A program made the position numbers and the translations under genes. Below the pieces are notes generated by a model. The model worked only from the letters and a program-made list of their open reading frames with translations. It was not told where the DNA came from and ran no database searches. A stretch of 55,721 nucleotides of DNA from contig CASFTO010000023.1 in the NCBI GenBank assembly GCA_949297665.1, forward strand, positions 1 through 55,721, given 5' to 3'. Below are positions 1 to 9,545 of this stretch, piece after piece. Position 1 is the stretch's first letter; each line of letters opens with the position of its first letter. This stretch comes from an uncultured Alphaproteobacteria bacterium. GTDB lineage: Bacteria; Pseudomonadota; Alphaproteobacteria; RF32; CAG-239.

Positions 1-349
1 AAATATTCTGAGGTGTTGGTGAAGACGAAATTTTCTTTAAAAGAGAAGTATCAACGCTACGTCTGTCACTAAAGCCCGTTTGAACGATAAAATTAATTTT
101 TTTGATATCAGGATTCTGTTGCTCCCAAATTTTATTTATTCTATCAGAATAGTGAGTAACAACCCAATTCTTCATAAAAGCGGTCGGTGCGCATATATTC
201 ATAATTCCATCTTTGAAATCACCGACTGTAAGCGGCTTCAACCAACTATCAAAAGCAGTTTCCCCGAACTCCATTTTCAATTGATTGCAAATCTGTCCCC
301 ATTGCAAATCAACAGGACGACCATCACTTACAAATGCTTCTTCTGCCAT
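1..349 (-). CDS. dnaA: Chromosomal replication initiator DnaA, N-terminal part (runs off the window edge)
   Basis: Hand translation from ATG 349 (GGGAG 6 nt upstream): MAEEAFVSDGRPVDLQWGQICNQLKMEFGETAFDSWLKPLTVGDFKDGIMNICAPTAFMKNWVVTHYSDRINKIWEQQ..., a typical DnaA domain I. Open to position 1 and downstream of rpsT as in other alphaproteobacteria. Absent from the ORF track because it has no stop in the window. Confidence 0.93.
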   Translation of the reverse strand, partial: MAEEAFVSDGRPVDLQWGQICNQLKMEFGETAFDSWLKPLTVGDFKDGIMNICAPTAFMKNWVVTHYSDRINKIWEQQNPDIKKINFIVQTGFSDRRSVDTSLLKKISSSPTPQNI

Positions 350-413
350 ATCCATCTCCCACAGTTAGATATTTAACACATAAATACATAGTTGTTTGTT
401 TTCTTATTGACCC

Positions 414-466
414 CGATATAAAATCGAAACATATAACCGCTCGATATAAAATCGAAACATATAACC
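414..466. repeat. Two exact 25-bp direct repeats (CGATATAAAATCGAAACATATAACC), period 28, each with a CGAT-N5-ATCG inverted core
   Basis: Copies read at 414-438 and 442-466, 65-117 bp upstream of the dnaA start. Confidence 0.9.
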
Positions 467-711
467 AACATTTCCTTTTAGTTTTATCACAGCTACATGA
501 ACCCCACCAAAATTCACCTAGTTTACTGTTTATATCTTTTAACGCTGTATTAAACCAAATTTACGATTATCCTGCCGATAGATAAAGTTATGCTCGATTA
601 AATCTAACAAGCAAAATTTTACTCCAGCAGATAAGCTCAATCAAATTAATTTCAATCAAGCCCGAAACGTTTATATTTTCAGACCGTTTACGAACTGCAA
701 AATGCCGCATC

Positions 712-934
712 GGTAAACACAACTACAAAACGTCGCACCAGAAAACACATCCGCAACGCTGCTCTGGTAACCACATCCGCAAATGCTGCTCTAGCAAACA
801 CATCCGCAACGCTACTCTGGTAAACACAACTACAAAACGTCGCACCAGAAAACACATCCGCAATGCTGCTCTGGTAACCACATCCGCAATGCTGCTCTGG
901 TAACCACATCCGCAACGCTACTCTGGTAAACACA
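712..934. repeat. Higher-order tandem repeat (A-B-B-B)x2 of 26-28 bp units
   Basis: A = CACAACTACAAAACGTCGCACCAGAAAA (718-745, 825-852). B ~ CACATCCGCAA(C/T)GCT(G/A)CTCTGGTAA(C/A) at 746, 772, 799, 853, 879 and 905. No unique spacers. Confidence 0.93.
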
Positions 935-1406
935 GCAAACAGAAAAAACAGCTTTATTCTAAAAAAGAAATCCCTCGTTACATAATAGTCACAAAAATAA
1001 GGTCACATTAAAAAAAGTTTAAAACTCAAAAGTTTAAAACCATATAAAGCAAATTCACTAGTAATTCACTTTAGCAATATAACATTGCGTCACTTATCAT
1101 TTCATAGAACCAAAAGACAACTAAATATGTTTACTAACAAAACGACATTTAAATATCCTCAGTCTAATAAAATAATATAAAGTGCTATCATCAGAGAAAA
1201 TAGAATTTTGTTTATTACAAAGTCTGTTGGTTATACCATTCACACTTCAATTATAAAGTACAACTCTGTCAGCCTCTCATCTCATAACATGAAGAAACCT
1301 TATTAGATAAAAAAGTAAAAGACAACAAAATATTTTAAGAATTTTTAAATAAAACTGCTTGACAAAGATTCTTTGAGAGATTCGATTTAAATGCATGAAA
1401 AACAAC

Positions 1407-1448
1407 AAAAAAACGCAAACATCACCTTAATACAAGAGATGTCTGCGT
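1407..1448 (-). terminator. Intrinsic terminator downstream of rpsT
   Basis: Minus strand ACGCAGACATC...GATGTTTGCGT 11-bp stem followed by a T run. Confidence 0.7.
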
Positions 1449-1470
1449 ATTAATAAAAAGCAAGAAAGAA

Positions 1471-1731
1471 TTACAGAGATTTGACTTTTTGAGATAAGCG
1501 AGAAATTGTTCTTGAAGCCTTATTCTTATGGAATACACCTTTTTGAGCAGCTCTCATCATTTCGCTTTCTGCAACTTTCAAAGCGGCAGTGGCAGATTCT
1601 TTATCACCAGCCAAAACAGCTGCGATTACTTTTTTTACAAAAGTTCTGACTCTGCTTCTGCGAGCACCATTAATGATACTTCTTTTGTTGTTTCTGTTAA
1701 TTCTTGTTTTTGCCGATTTATGATTGGCCAT
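1471..1731 (-). CDS. rpsT: 30S ribosomal protein S20
   Basis: MANHKSAKTRINRNNKRSIINGARRSRVRTFVKK...HKNKASRTISRL, 86 aa, basic. Confidence 0.98.
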   Translation of the reverse strand: MANHKSAKTRINRNNKRSIINGARRSRVRTFVKKVIAAVLAGDKESATAALKVAESEMMRAAQKGVFHKNKASRTISRLSQKVKSL

Positions 1732-1783
1732 ATTATTTATCCTGTCAAAAATTTAAGTTAAACACAAATAAAATTCTGACACA

Positions 1784-1811
1784 CTTATACTCTATAATCA
1801 GCGATAGTCAA
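1784..1811 (-). promoter_or_regulatory. Putative sigma70 promoter for rpsT
   Basis: Minus strand TTGACT-N16-TATAAG, about 50 bp upstream of the start. Confidence 0.5.
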
Positions 1812-1836
1812 CAAATTTTTTTAAAAAACGTCAAAA

Positions 1837-2211
1837 TTAGTTTCTATTTTTCAAGCTGATACTGATTTTCAGCGGGTTTGAAGAGATTTTATTGATTTCA
1901 AGGATATCTGTTTCTCTATAAAAACGCAGGAAAGAAGCGGAAGATTCCTGAAGTATCCACCCTAATTGCGGCAGAGTCTTGATATAAAAATTTTTGATAT
2001 CCTGAAAGTTTTTCTTTCTAACCGCAACGAGTTGAGCTTCCAGATAACGAGTCTCTTCATTACCAAAAGCAACATCATCACTTTCAATTTGCTTCAAGCC
2101 TTCCATTAACGGAATATCTTCAAAACCGGCAACAAAGTCCATGGCAAAAGCATGAAAAGACAAAAGAATACTAAATAAAGAAATAGAGAGATAAATAAAT
2201 ATTTTTTTCAT
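1837..2211 (-). CDS. Exported hypothetical protein (FxDIP ... FYxxxLPxxGW motif)
   Basis: Signal peptide MKKIFIYLSISLFSILLSFHAFA, then MDFVAGFEDIPLMEGL. Follows mutM on the same strand. Confidence 0.8.
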   Translation of the reverse strand: MKKIFIYLSISLFSILLSFHAFAMDFVAGFEDIPLMEGLKQIESDDVAFGNEETRYLEAQLVAVRKKNFQDIKNFYIKTLPQLGWILQESSASFLRFYRETDILEINKISSNPLKISISLKNRN

Positions 2212-2220
2212 AAGGATTCC

Positions 2221-3060
2221 TCATTTCTGTAAATAATCACAATAAAAGGTTGAACGTCCGGCTTGTACAATTTTTTTAATTCCGCCGGAAAAAGAACAGT
2301 CGCAAATGCAATCGGGGCACCGAAGTCCTTCTTTTCCATAAACAGCATGCTGCATTTGGAAATAGCCCATACTTCCATCAGGTTGACGATAATCTCTAAG
2401 AGTCGAACCACCGGCGCGAATGGCTTTTTTTAATATATCTCTTATAGCTACTACCAATGTTGAGCATTCTTCAAAAGAAACGGCACAACAGAGTCTGAGT
2501 GGGGAAATACGCGCCAAATATAAAGCCTCTGAAGCGTAAATGTTTCCGATTCCACAAATAATAGATTGGTCTAACAGCGCCACTTTAATCGGAATATGTT
2601 TATACTTGATTCTAGAAAAAAGGTATTCCCCGTCTAATTGAGAATCAAAAGGATCAATTCCGATATGAGCAAAAAGGGAAGAATGTTCAATATCTTGTGA
2701 CGGTATATAAGTTATTAAGCCAAAACGCCGTGCATCATTAAAGACTAAAGTGCAACTATCCGTACAAATCATAACATGATCATGTTTTTCCAATGATACT
2801 TTTTTATGAGAAATAATACGAACGCGCCCACTCATGCCGAAATGCCAAACAATACTTATCCCATTAGTTAGATTAAGAATAACATATTTGGCGCGTCGAT
2901 AGATTCGAGAAATGGTTTGTCCGGTTAATAATTGCTCAAAATCATCCGGAATTGGAATACGAAACTTCCTATTAAAAACAGAAACAGACCGTATCACGGA
3001 ATGGTCAACCGCTCTAATCAATGCTTCTTTTATAGTTTCAACTTCTGGCAGTTCTGGCAT
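2221..3060 (-). CDS. mutM: Formamidopyrimidine-DNA glycosylase/AP lyase
   Basis: Start reassigned to MPELPEVE (catalytic Pro/Glu) at 3060. RRAKY, HFGMSG and GIGNIYASEAL (H2TH) motifs, plus a C-terminal Zn-finger region. Confidence 0.97.
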   Translation of the reverse strand: MPELPEVETIKEALIRAVDHSVIRSVSVFNRKFRIPIPDDFEQLLTGQTISRIYRRAKYVILNLTNGISIVWHFGMSGRVRIISHKKVSLEKHDHVMICTDSCTLVFNDARRFGLITYIPSQDIEHSSLFAHIGIDPFDSQLDGEYLFSRIKYKHIPIKVALLDQSIICGIGNIYASEALYLARISPLRLCCAVSFEECSTLVVAIRDILKKAIRAGGSTLRDYRQPDGSMGYFQMQHAVYGKEGLRCPDCICDCSFSGGIKKIVQAGRSTFYCDYLQK

Positions 3061-3213
3061 TTTAATTCCTTTAAAACAACTATAACTAAGCATAGAGATA
3101 AAAAAAGAGGAATCTAATACAAACTTTTGTTTATACACCAACTTTTTTGTGTTTGACTGCAAGCAAAGTTTGTAGTAATATCACAAGAATCATAACTAAA
3201 AGAGGAATGAAAC

Positions 3214-3771
3214 GTGATAAAAGGGGCAACCACCAGAAGAAGAACCAAAAAATATTTTGCACCGCAAAATGAAGGGGTGAAGCATAAATGTGATCACCCT
3301 GGGTGCAATAAAGAAGGAGAATTTAAGGCCCCGAAAGACAGAACTTTAAAAGATTATTATTGGTTTTGCTTGGAGCATGTGCAAGAATACAATGCAAAGT
3401 GGAATTACTATATGGATGACAATGGTTTCTCTGAACAAGAGGCGTTTAGACGTAAAACGAGATTTAGCGGTTTCCACTCAAAAATAAAATACAAATTCGG
3501 ATGTGATTTGGATGAAGAGCTTGAGTTTCTGCATGGATTCTCGGGCTATGACAAAGTAACGGATAATATCTATTTCAGCCGAGAGGATAGAAAAGAAATG
3601 GAGCATCTGGAGATATCTTCGGAAGACTTCAATATTGATAATTTGAAAAAGCAATATAAGAAATTAGCCAAGACCTGTCATCCGGATTTAAATCCTAACG
3701 ACAAAGAAGCGGAAGAAAAATTCAAACGCCTGACAGAGGCATATAAAAGATTATTGGAAAAACTTTCATAA
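3214..3771 (+). CDS. J-domain co-chaperone (C-terminal J domain, N-terminal Cys/His motif)
   Basis: CDHPGC...APK...[12 protein letters not shown]-terminus. C-terminal [18 protein letters not shown] with the HPD motif. Confidence 0.88.
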   Translation: MIKGATTRRRTKKYFAPQNEGVKHKCDHPGCNKEGEFKAPKDRTLKDYYWFCLEHVQEYNAKWNYYMDDNGFSEQEAFRRKTRFSGFHSKIKYKFGCDLDEELEFLHGFSGYDKVTDNIYFSREDRKEMEHLEISSEDFNIDNLKKQYKKLAKTCHPDLNPNDKEAEEKFKRLTEAYKRLLEKLS

Positions 3772-3777
3772 AATGAA

Positions 3778-6700
3778 TTAAAGAGAAAGTTCATACAATT
3801 TAGTTACATATTTTTTGATAATTTCTAACCGAACTTTATAAGAGGTTAAATCTCTTTCAATAAAAAGTTTTTGGTCGGGACGAATTTTAATGGCGCCCAA
3901 TTGTTTTGAGATGAAATCCATAAGTTTATCAACATTTTTAAAAGTATTATTATGAAAAGCGATTAAAATACCTCGAGCACCGGCTTCAACTCTATCGATT
4001 CCGCAGAGCATACAAATTTGTTTAATTTCAACAGTTTTAAGAAGATTTTCAACTTCTTCGGGAATAGGACCGAAACGGTCAATTAATTCCTCGCGCATAT
4101 CATTAATATCCTCGACTGTTTTAAGAGAGCCGATACGTTTATAGAGTCCCAAGCGTACCCCTAAATCAGCAACATATTTTTCAGGAACAATAATCGGAAC
4201 CCCTGTTAAAATTTGAACAGACCAATCGCTTGATGGAGCCACAGCAGATACATCTTCACCGGCTTGTTTGGCTTTAATCCGATTAATTTCCTCTTCCAAT
4301 AAATGGTGATAAAGAGCGATTCCGACATCTTTAATATGACCGGACTGTTCAACACCTAAAATATTTCCTGCGCCACGGATATCCAAATCATGATTCGCCA
4401 GAGAAAAACCGGCACCAAGCTGATTAAGAGCTTGTAAAATACTTAATCTCTTCTCGGCAATGGGAGTAAGAACTTTTTGATTTGGGATAGTAAAATAGCA
4501 ATATCCTCTTAATTTAGAGCGTCCGATTCTGCCTCGTAATTGATACAACTGCGCCAACCCAAACATATCGGCACGATAAATAATCATCGTATTAACTTTA
4601 GGAAGATCAATACCGGATTCGATAATTGTAGTAGAAAGCAAGATATCCGCCTTACCATCAGCAAAGTCACACATAACTTCTTCAAGATGCGTCGGGGACA
4701 TTTGCCCATGTGCAACGGCAATTTTAACATCAGGTACAAGTTCTTTCAATTTAGGCTCAATCTGGAGAATATCAGATACTCTTGGGCAAACAAAAAAGAT
4801 TTGTCCGCCGCGATATTTTTCACGATAGATAGCCTCTTTAATCATCACTCTGTCGAAAGGCATAACAAACGTACGCGCCGCTAATCTGTCAACCGGAGGA
4901 GTCGCTATAATGCTCAATTGTTTAACGCCGGTTAAAGATAATTGAAGCGTTCGAGGAATAGGCGTTGCACTAAGTGTCAAGATGTGCACATCGGATTTAA
5001 GTTGTTTAAGTCGCTCTTTATGAGCCACGCCAAAATGTTGCTCTTCATCAATAATCAGCAATCCGAGATTACAAAATTCAATATCTTTTGCCAATAATGC
5101 GTGCGTACCGATAACAATTTCAAGACTGCCGTCTTTAAGTTCTTGTTTAACCTCTCGAGCTTCTTTTGGGGTAACGAGTCTGGAAAGCATTTTAACTTTT
5201 ACGGGAAAGCCTTGAAAGCGCTCTTTAAAGTTCAAATAATGCTGTCTGGCTAAAAGGGTGGTCGGAACAATCAAAGCCACCTGAGCCCCGCTTGATGCAA
5301 CCGTAAATGCAGCACGCAATGCAACTTCTGTTTTACCAAAACCGACATCCCCACAAACGAGTCGATCCATTGGGTAACCGAGAGATAAATCTTTGAAAAC
5401 ATCATTAACGGCACTTAATTGGTCATCTGTTTCGGTATAGAGGAAACGGCTGCAAAATTCATCATACAAACCACGTTCTGGCACAAAGATTTCAGCTTTC
5501 TTCATTTTTCTCTGAGCAGCGATTTGAATCAATTTTTCTGCAATATCTTTAATTTTTTCTTTAACGCGAGATTTTTTAGCTTCCCAAGCCGAGCCGCCTA
5601 AAGTATCCAATGTAACATTGCTGTCTTCTGCACCATATCGGCTGATAACATCAATATTTTCAACCGGAACGTAGAGTTTATCATTGTTGGCGTAAATAAG
5701 TTTTAAGCAGTCGTGAGCCACGCCATCGGTAACAATATTTTCCAATCCGTCAAATCGCCCGATACCATGCTCAATATGAACCACATATTCGCCAACATTA
5801 AGAGACGAAATATCGGAGATAAGGTTCTCTGCCGAAACTTTTTTATGAGTGCGGATATTTTTTCTCTCGCCCCAAATATCTTGCTCGGTCGCAATGAAAA
5901 AATCTTTATTGATAAAACCATGCTGCAGTTCAAGAACAGTCAGAACAATTTTTCCCTTGGACGCGTTTTTTAAAGCATCTTTCCAATTTTCAGTAATAAC
6001 AAGATTCTTAAATTTATTCTCTTGGAGAAGATTATGCATACGATCCAAAGAACCTTGGGTATAGCAGCAGATAATCTTTTTCTTGGCTTTGTTAGCTTCG
6101 CAGTCTCTGTCCAAATCTTCATAAACAGTTAAATTGTTGATATTTTTAAGAGAAGCAAAAATCTTTTGAGGAACAGCTCCATAGTCAATGTTTTCATTAC
6201 CTTCAGGCATAGAACGCTTAGAAAGTTTAACATAATCCCGAGCATGAATCAATTCCAAAAATTTTTTCGTATCTACATAAAGAGTATCCGGTTCAATCGG
6301 GTGGTATCTGTCAACATCGGAAACTTCGCGAAATTTTAGCGCTTCCAATCGTGCATCATAATGATCGGCAATAGTTTCTTCTTTAGCTTTAAGAGCATTA
6401 TCACAGTCAATGCCTAAAATAATATCGGCGTTAGGAAGATAATCAAATATAGAAGGAAGCGCATCTTCATAGAAGAAAGGTAGCCAGTTTTCCATACCTA
6501 AATATTTTTTACCTTCAGAAATACTTTCATAAAGTTCATCTTTCAGACCATCAGCGCCAAAAGCCTCACGATATTTAGAACGGAAAGTTTTGATTGTATT
6601 TTTATCTAAAACAACTTCATTAGCACTATCAAAACTATAAAACTTCAAATCTTCGGTACTGCGTTGTGTTTCAACATCAAAAAGACGCAAACGCTCTACC

Positions 6701-7257
6701 TCATCATCAAATAAATCAATACGTAAAGGTTGATCCGCACCGCTAGGAAAAATATCAATAATATCACCGCGTACGGCATATTCGCCGGATTCCATAACTT
6801 GCTCAACGCGAGAATATCCGTTGATAGCCACATAGTGTAAAAACTCGTCAAAATTAAGTTTGCCACCGACCTGAATAGATTTTCTGGTATTAAGAAAGAT
6901 TTTTTTAGGTGGCAATTTTTGAATGGCCGCACCAATACTGGTTAAAACAACTTTACGCTTTTTTGTATCATCTAAAACAAGCTTAGCTAATGTTTCAATC
7001 CGTTTAGAAAGAATTGTCGGATTAGGCGATACACGATCATAAGGCACGGTATCCCACGCCGGAAAAGTTAATATATCAATTTCCGGAGCAATAAATTTAA
7101 GTGTATCAAAAGTCTGTTTAAGAGAAGCCCCATCGCTTAAAATACACAAGATATTTTTAGATGAAGTCTGCAATAAATCACGTATAGCAAAAGCTTCGGC
7201 ATCTTTTGCAACGCCGGACAAGTTTTTCTTATCAAAGTAATCAAAATCATTAGACAT
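3778..7257 (-). CDS. mfd: Transcription-repair coupling factor Mfd
   Basis: 1159 aa. UvrB-like module (GEYAVRGDIIDIFP), CarD/RID (VVHIEHGIGRF), Walker A GDVGFGKT, DEEQHFG, QLRGRIGRS and a TRCF C-terminus. Confidence 0.98.
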   Translation of the reverse strand: MSNDFDYFDKKNLSGVAKDAEAFAIRDLLQTSSKNILCILSDGASLKQTFDTLKFIAPEIDILTFPAWDTVPYDRVSPNPTILSKRIETLAKLVLDDTKKRKVVLTSIGAAIQKLPPKKIFLNTRKSIQVGGKLNFDEFLHYVAINGYSRVEQVMESGEYAVRGDIIDIFPSGADQPLRIDLFDDEVERLRLFDVETQRSTEDLKFYSFDSANEVVLDKNTIKTFRSKYREAFGADGLKDELYESISEGKKYLGMENWLPFFYEDALPSIFDYLPNADIILGIDCDNALKAKEETIADHYDARLEALKFREVSDVDRYHPIEPDTLYVDTKKFLELIHARDYVKLSKRSMPEGNENIDYGAVPQKIFASLKNINNLTVYEDLDRDCEANKAKKKIICCYTQGSLDRMHNLLQENKFKNLVITENWKDALKNASKGKIVLTVLELQHGFINKDFFIATEQDIWGERKNIRTHKKVSAENLISDISSLNVGEYVVHIEHGIGRFDGLENIVTDGVAHDCLKLIYANNDKLYVPVENIDVISRYGAEDSNVTLDTLGGSAWEAKKSRVKEKIKDIAEKLIQIAAQRKMKKAEIFVPERGLYDEFCSRFLYTETDDQLSAVNDVFKDLSLGYPMDRLVCGDVGFGKTEVALRAAFTVASSGAQVALIVPTTLLARQHYLNFKERFQGFPVKVKMLSRLVTPKEAREVKQELKDGSLEIVIGTHALLAKDIEFCNLGLLIIDEEQHFGVAHKERLKQLKSDVHILTLSATPIPRTLQLSLTGVKQLSIIATPPVDRLAARTFVMPFDRVMIKEAIYREKYRGGQIFFVCPRVSDILQIEPKLKELVPDVKIAVAHGQMSPTHLEEVMCDFADGKADILLSTTIIESGIDLPKVNTMIIYRADMFGLAQLYQLRGRIGRSKLRGYCYFTIPNQKVLTPIAEKRLSILQALNQLGAGFSLANHDLDIRGAGNILGVEQSGHIKDVGIALYHHLLEEEINRIKAKQAGEDVSAVAPSSDWSVQILTGVPIIVPEKYVADLGVRLGLYKRIGSLKTVEDINDMREELIDRFGPIPEEVENLLKTVEIKQICMLCGIDRVEAGARGILIAFHNNTFKNVDKLMDFISKQLGAIKIRPDQKLFIERDLTSYKVRLEIIKKYVTKLYELSL

Positions 7258-7327
7258 TTATCGACACTTCTGCTATTAAGTTATCTAATTAATAACCTAA
7301 ACGGGAAATTTGTAAAGAACATAAATC

Positions 7328-9409
7328 ATGCGTCCGAATATTTTATACCCTTTATTTGCCAGCATAGAAAGCTTAAAAGGGGTAGGTGCAAAATATAGTA
7401 AGCTAATAAATAAACTTTGCGGGGAAAAGATAATAGACATCTTATTTCACCTACCGATTAATATAGTTGATAGAACTTACAATGAGCCCCTGATAAATGC
7501 GAAAGACGGCAAAATTTGGACAGGTGTTGTTACTATAACGGAGCATATTCCGCCACAAACCAAAAAACACCCATATCGCATATATTGTACAGATGGTACG
7601 GCGGAATTAGTATTGGTGTTTTTCAAAGTCTATACGGATTCTATAGAGAAAAATTATCCTTTAGGAGGCAAAAGAGCCATTAGTGGCAAGTTAGAATATT
7701 TTAATGGAATGTGGCAAATGAGCCACCCAGATTATTCTGTATTAGCTGAAATGCTGCCCCAAATTATGCGTTTAGAGCCAGTGTACCCACTAACAGCCGG
7801 AGTAACCAATAAAATGGTATGTCGCTTAGTGGAAAATGGGTTAAAAAATGTTCCATCACTGCCGGAATGGTTATCATCGGATTCTTTAGGAGATTTAGAA
7901 TACATAGATTTTAAATCAGCCCTAAATCGCGTTCATCATCCTAAAAATCCGGCGGATTTATTACCATCGTCAACGGCTCGAAGAAGATTGGCTTATGACG
8001 AAATTTTATCAAACCAATTAGCTTTAGCGCTCATTCGGCAAAAAGTTAGAGAGAAAAATGGTCGCTCATTTATCGGAACGGGAGAATTGTACAAAAAAGC
8101 AATAGAAAACCTACCGTTTAAGCTTACCTCAGCGCAAGAAAAAGCATTGGAAGAAATAGCTAAAGACCAAAATTCTTCACATAAAATGTTACGTCTGCTA
8201 CAAGGAGATGTCGGCTCCGGAAAAACCGTTGTTGCATTTTTGAGTATGTTAAAAGTCATAGAAGAAGGAGCGCAAGCCGCACTAATGGCACCAACAGAAA
8301 TATTGGCTAAACAGCATTATGAAACCATAAGCTCTTTGAGTAAAAATCTAGGTATAACAATAGGTTTATTGACAGGTAAACTCAAGGCAAAAGAAAAAAA
8401 AGAAATCTACGAAAAGCTGCAAAGCGGGGAAATTAATATATTGATAGGAACACACGCTTTATTTACCGAAGGTGTAACTTTTAAAGATTTAGGATACGCC
8501 GTCATTGATGAACAGCACAGATTTGGTGTAAATCAAAGACTATCGCTTTCCTCAAAAGGAACAATGAGCGACGTTTTGGTAATGACGGCAACCCCGATTC
8601 CAAGAAGTCTTTTGCTGACAGCATATGGCGATATGGATTATACAAAAATAGGGGAATTGCCAGCAGGAAGAAAGCCCTGCGTTACAGCCGTGATTAACGT
8701 TCAGAAAATGCCGGACATCATTGCAGCCTTGCAACGTAAATTAGCCGAAGGAGGTAGAGCATATTGGGTTTGTCCGCTGGTGGAGGAGTCTGAAAAATCA
8801 GATTTGGCAGCAGCAACAGAACGAAGCGAAATGCTAAAGCAATATTTTGGAGATGTTGTCGGGTTAGTTCATGGAAAGATGAAAGAAGCTGAAAAAGATG
8901 CGGTGATGGAGCAATTTAAAAAAGGCGAAAAGAAACTTCTCGTTGCAACCACTGTTATAGAAGTTGGAGTTAATGTTCCTGAAGCAACCGTAATGATAAT
9001 AGAACATGCGGAAAGATTCGGACTTTCTCAATTACATCAATTAAGAGGAAGAATAAAAAGAGGATATGAAGCAGGAACATGTGTATTGCTATATTCATAC
9101 CCGATAAGTAGTGTTGCCAGAGAGCGGTTAAATATTATGAAGCAAACCGAAGATGGATTTTATATTGCAGAAAAGGACTTGGAGCTAAGAGGCGGTGGAG
9201 AGATATTAGGAACAAGACAATCTGGATTCACACAATTCAAGCTAGCCGATATGAGTGTGCATCAAGATTTATTGATAAAAGCGCGAGATGACGTCCATAA
9301 TATTTTAAAACAAGACCAGAGTTTAACAACTCCTCGCGGACAAGCTTTAAGAATATTGCTATACTTATTTGAACAAAACGAAGCCGTAAAGACTTACCTC
9401 GCCGGATAG
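7328..9409 (+). CDS. recG: ATP-dependent DNA helicase RecG
   Basis: LQGDVGSGKT, DEQHRFG, TATPIPR, QLRGR and DLELRGGGEILG motifs. Divergent from mfd. Confidence 0.97.
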   Translation: MRPNILYPLFASIESLKGVGAKYSKLINKLCGEKIIDILFHLPINIVDRTYNEPLINAKDGKIWTGVVTITEHIPPQTKKHPYRIYCTDGTAELVLVFFKVYTDSIEKNYPLGGKRAISGKLEYFNGMWQMSHPDYSVLAEMLPQIMRLEPVYPLTAGVTNKMVCRLVENGLKNVPSLPEWLSSDSLGDLEYIDFKSALNRVHHPKNPADLLPSSTARRRLAYDEILSNQLALALIRQKVREKNGRSFIGTGELYKKAIENLPFKLTSAQEKALEEIAKDQNSSHKMLRLLQGDVGSGKTVVAFLSMLKVIEEGAQAALMAPTEILAKQHYETISSLSKNLGITIGLLTGKLKAKEKKEIYEKLQSGEINILIGTHALFTEGVTFKDLGYAVIDEQHRFGVNQRLSLSSKGTMSDVLVMTATPIPRSLLLTAYGDMDYTKIGELPAGRKPCVTAVINVQKMPDIIAALQRKLAEGGRAYWVCPLVEESEKSDLAAATERSEMLKQYFGDVVGLVHGKMKEAEKDAVMEQFKKGEKKLLVATTVIEVGVNVPEATVMIIEHAERFGLSQLHQLRGRIKRGYEAGTCVLLYSYPISSVARERLNIMKQTEDGFYIAEKDLELRGGGEILGTRQSGFTQFKLADMSVHQDLLIKARDDVHNILKQDQSLTTPRGQALRILLYLFEQNEAVKTYLAG

Positions 9410-9545
9410 ATTAAAATTAAAACAAGTATAAAGTAACCCATTGTACACATACAAACACCATCAAAGAAGGATTTCCATCTCTCTTTAACAATAAATTCAA
9501 CATTCGCATATAAAATACTATTAAAATCAACAAAAGAGAGAAAAG

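Noticed and set aside
80-585. Plus-strand ORFs 80-376 and 334-585
   Set aside because: They are antisense to or overlap dnaA and its upstream repeats; the minus-strand DnaA frame explains the region.
688-933. 81 aa ORF across the repeat array
   Set aside because: It is a by-product of the repeat, with no RBS and no protein-like features; the unit length is not a multiple of three.
712-934. CRISPR array
   Set aside because: The units are directly adjacent with no unique spacers, and no cas genes are in the window.
1008-1022. CtrA-like site TTAA-N7-TTAA
   Set aside because: A single match in extremely AT-rich sequence is expected by chance, and there is no evidence for ctrA in the window.
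2221-3162. ORF-track long starts (mutM 3162, rodZ 20369, rsmI 25527, rpmG 32855, unit 1 53030 and others)
   Set aside because: Family N-termini and RBS positions support shorter starts; MutM must begin at MPELPE for its catalytic proline.
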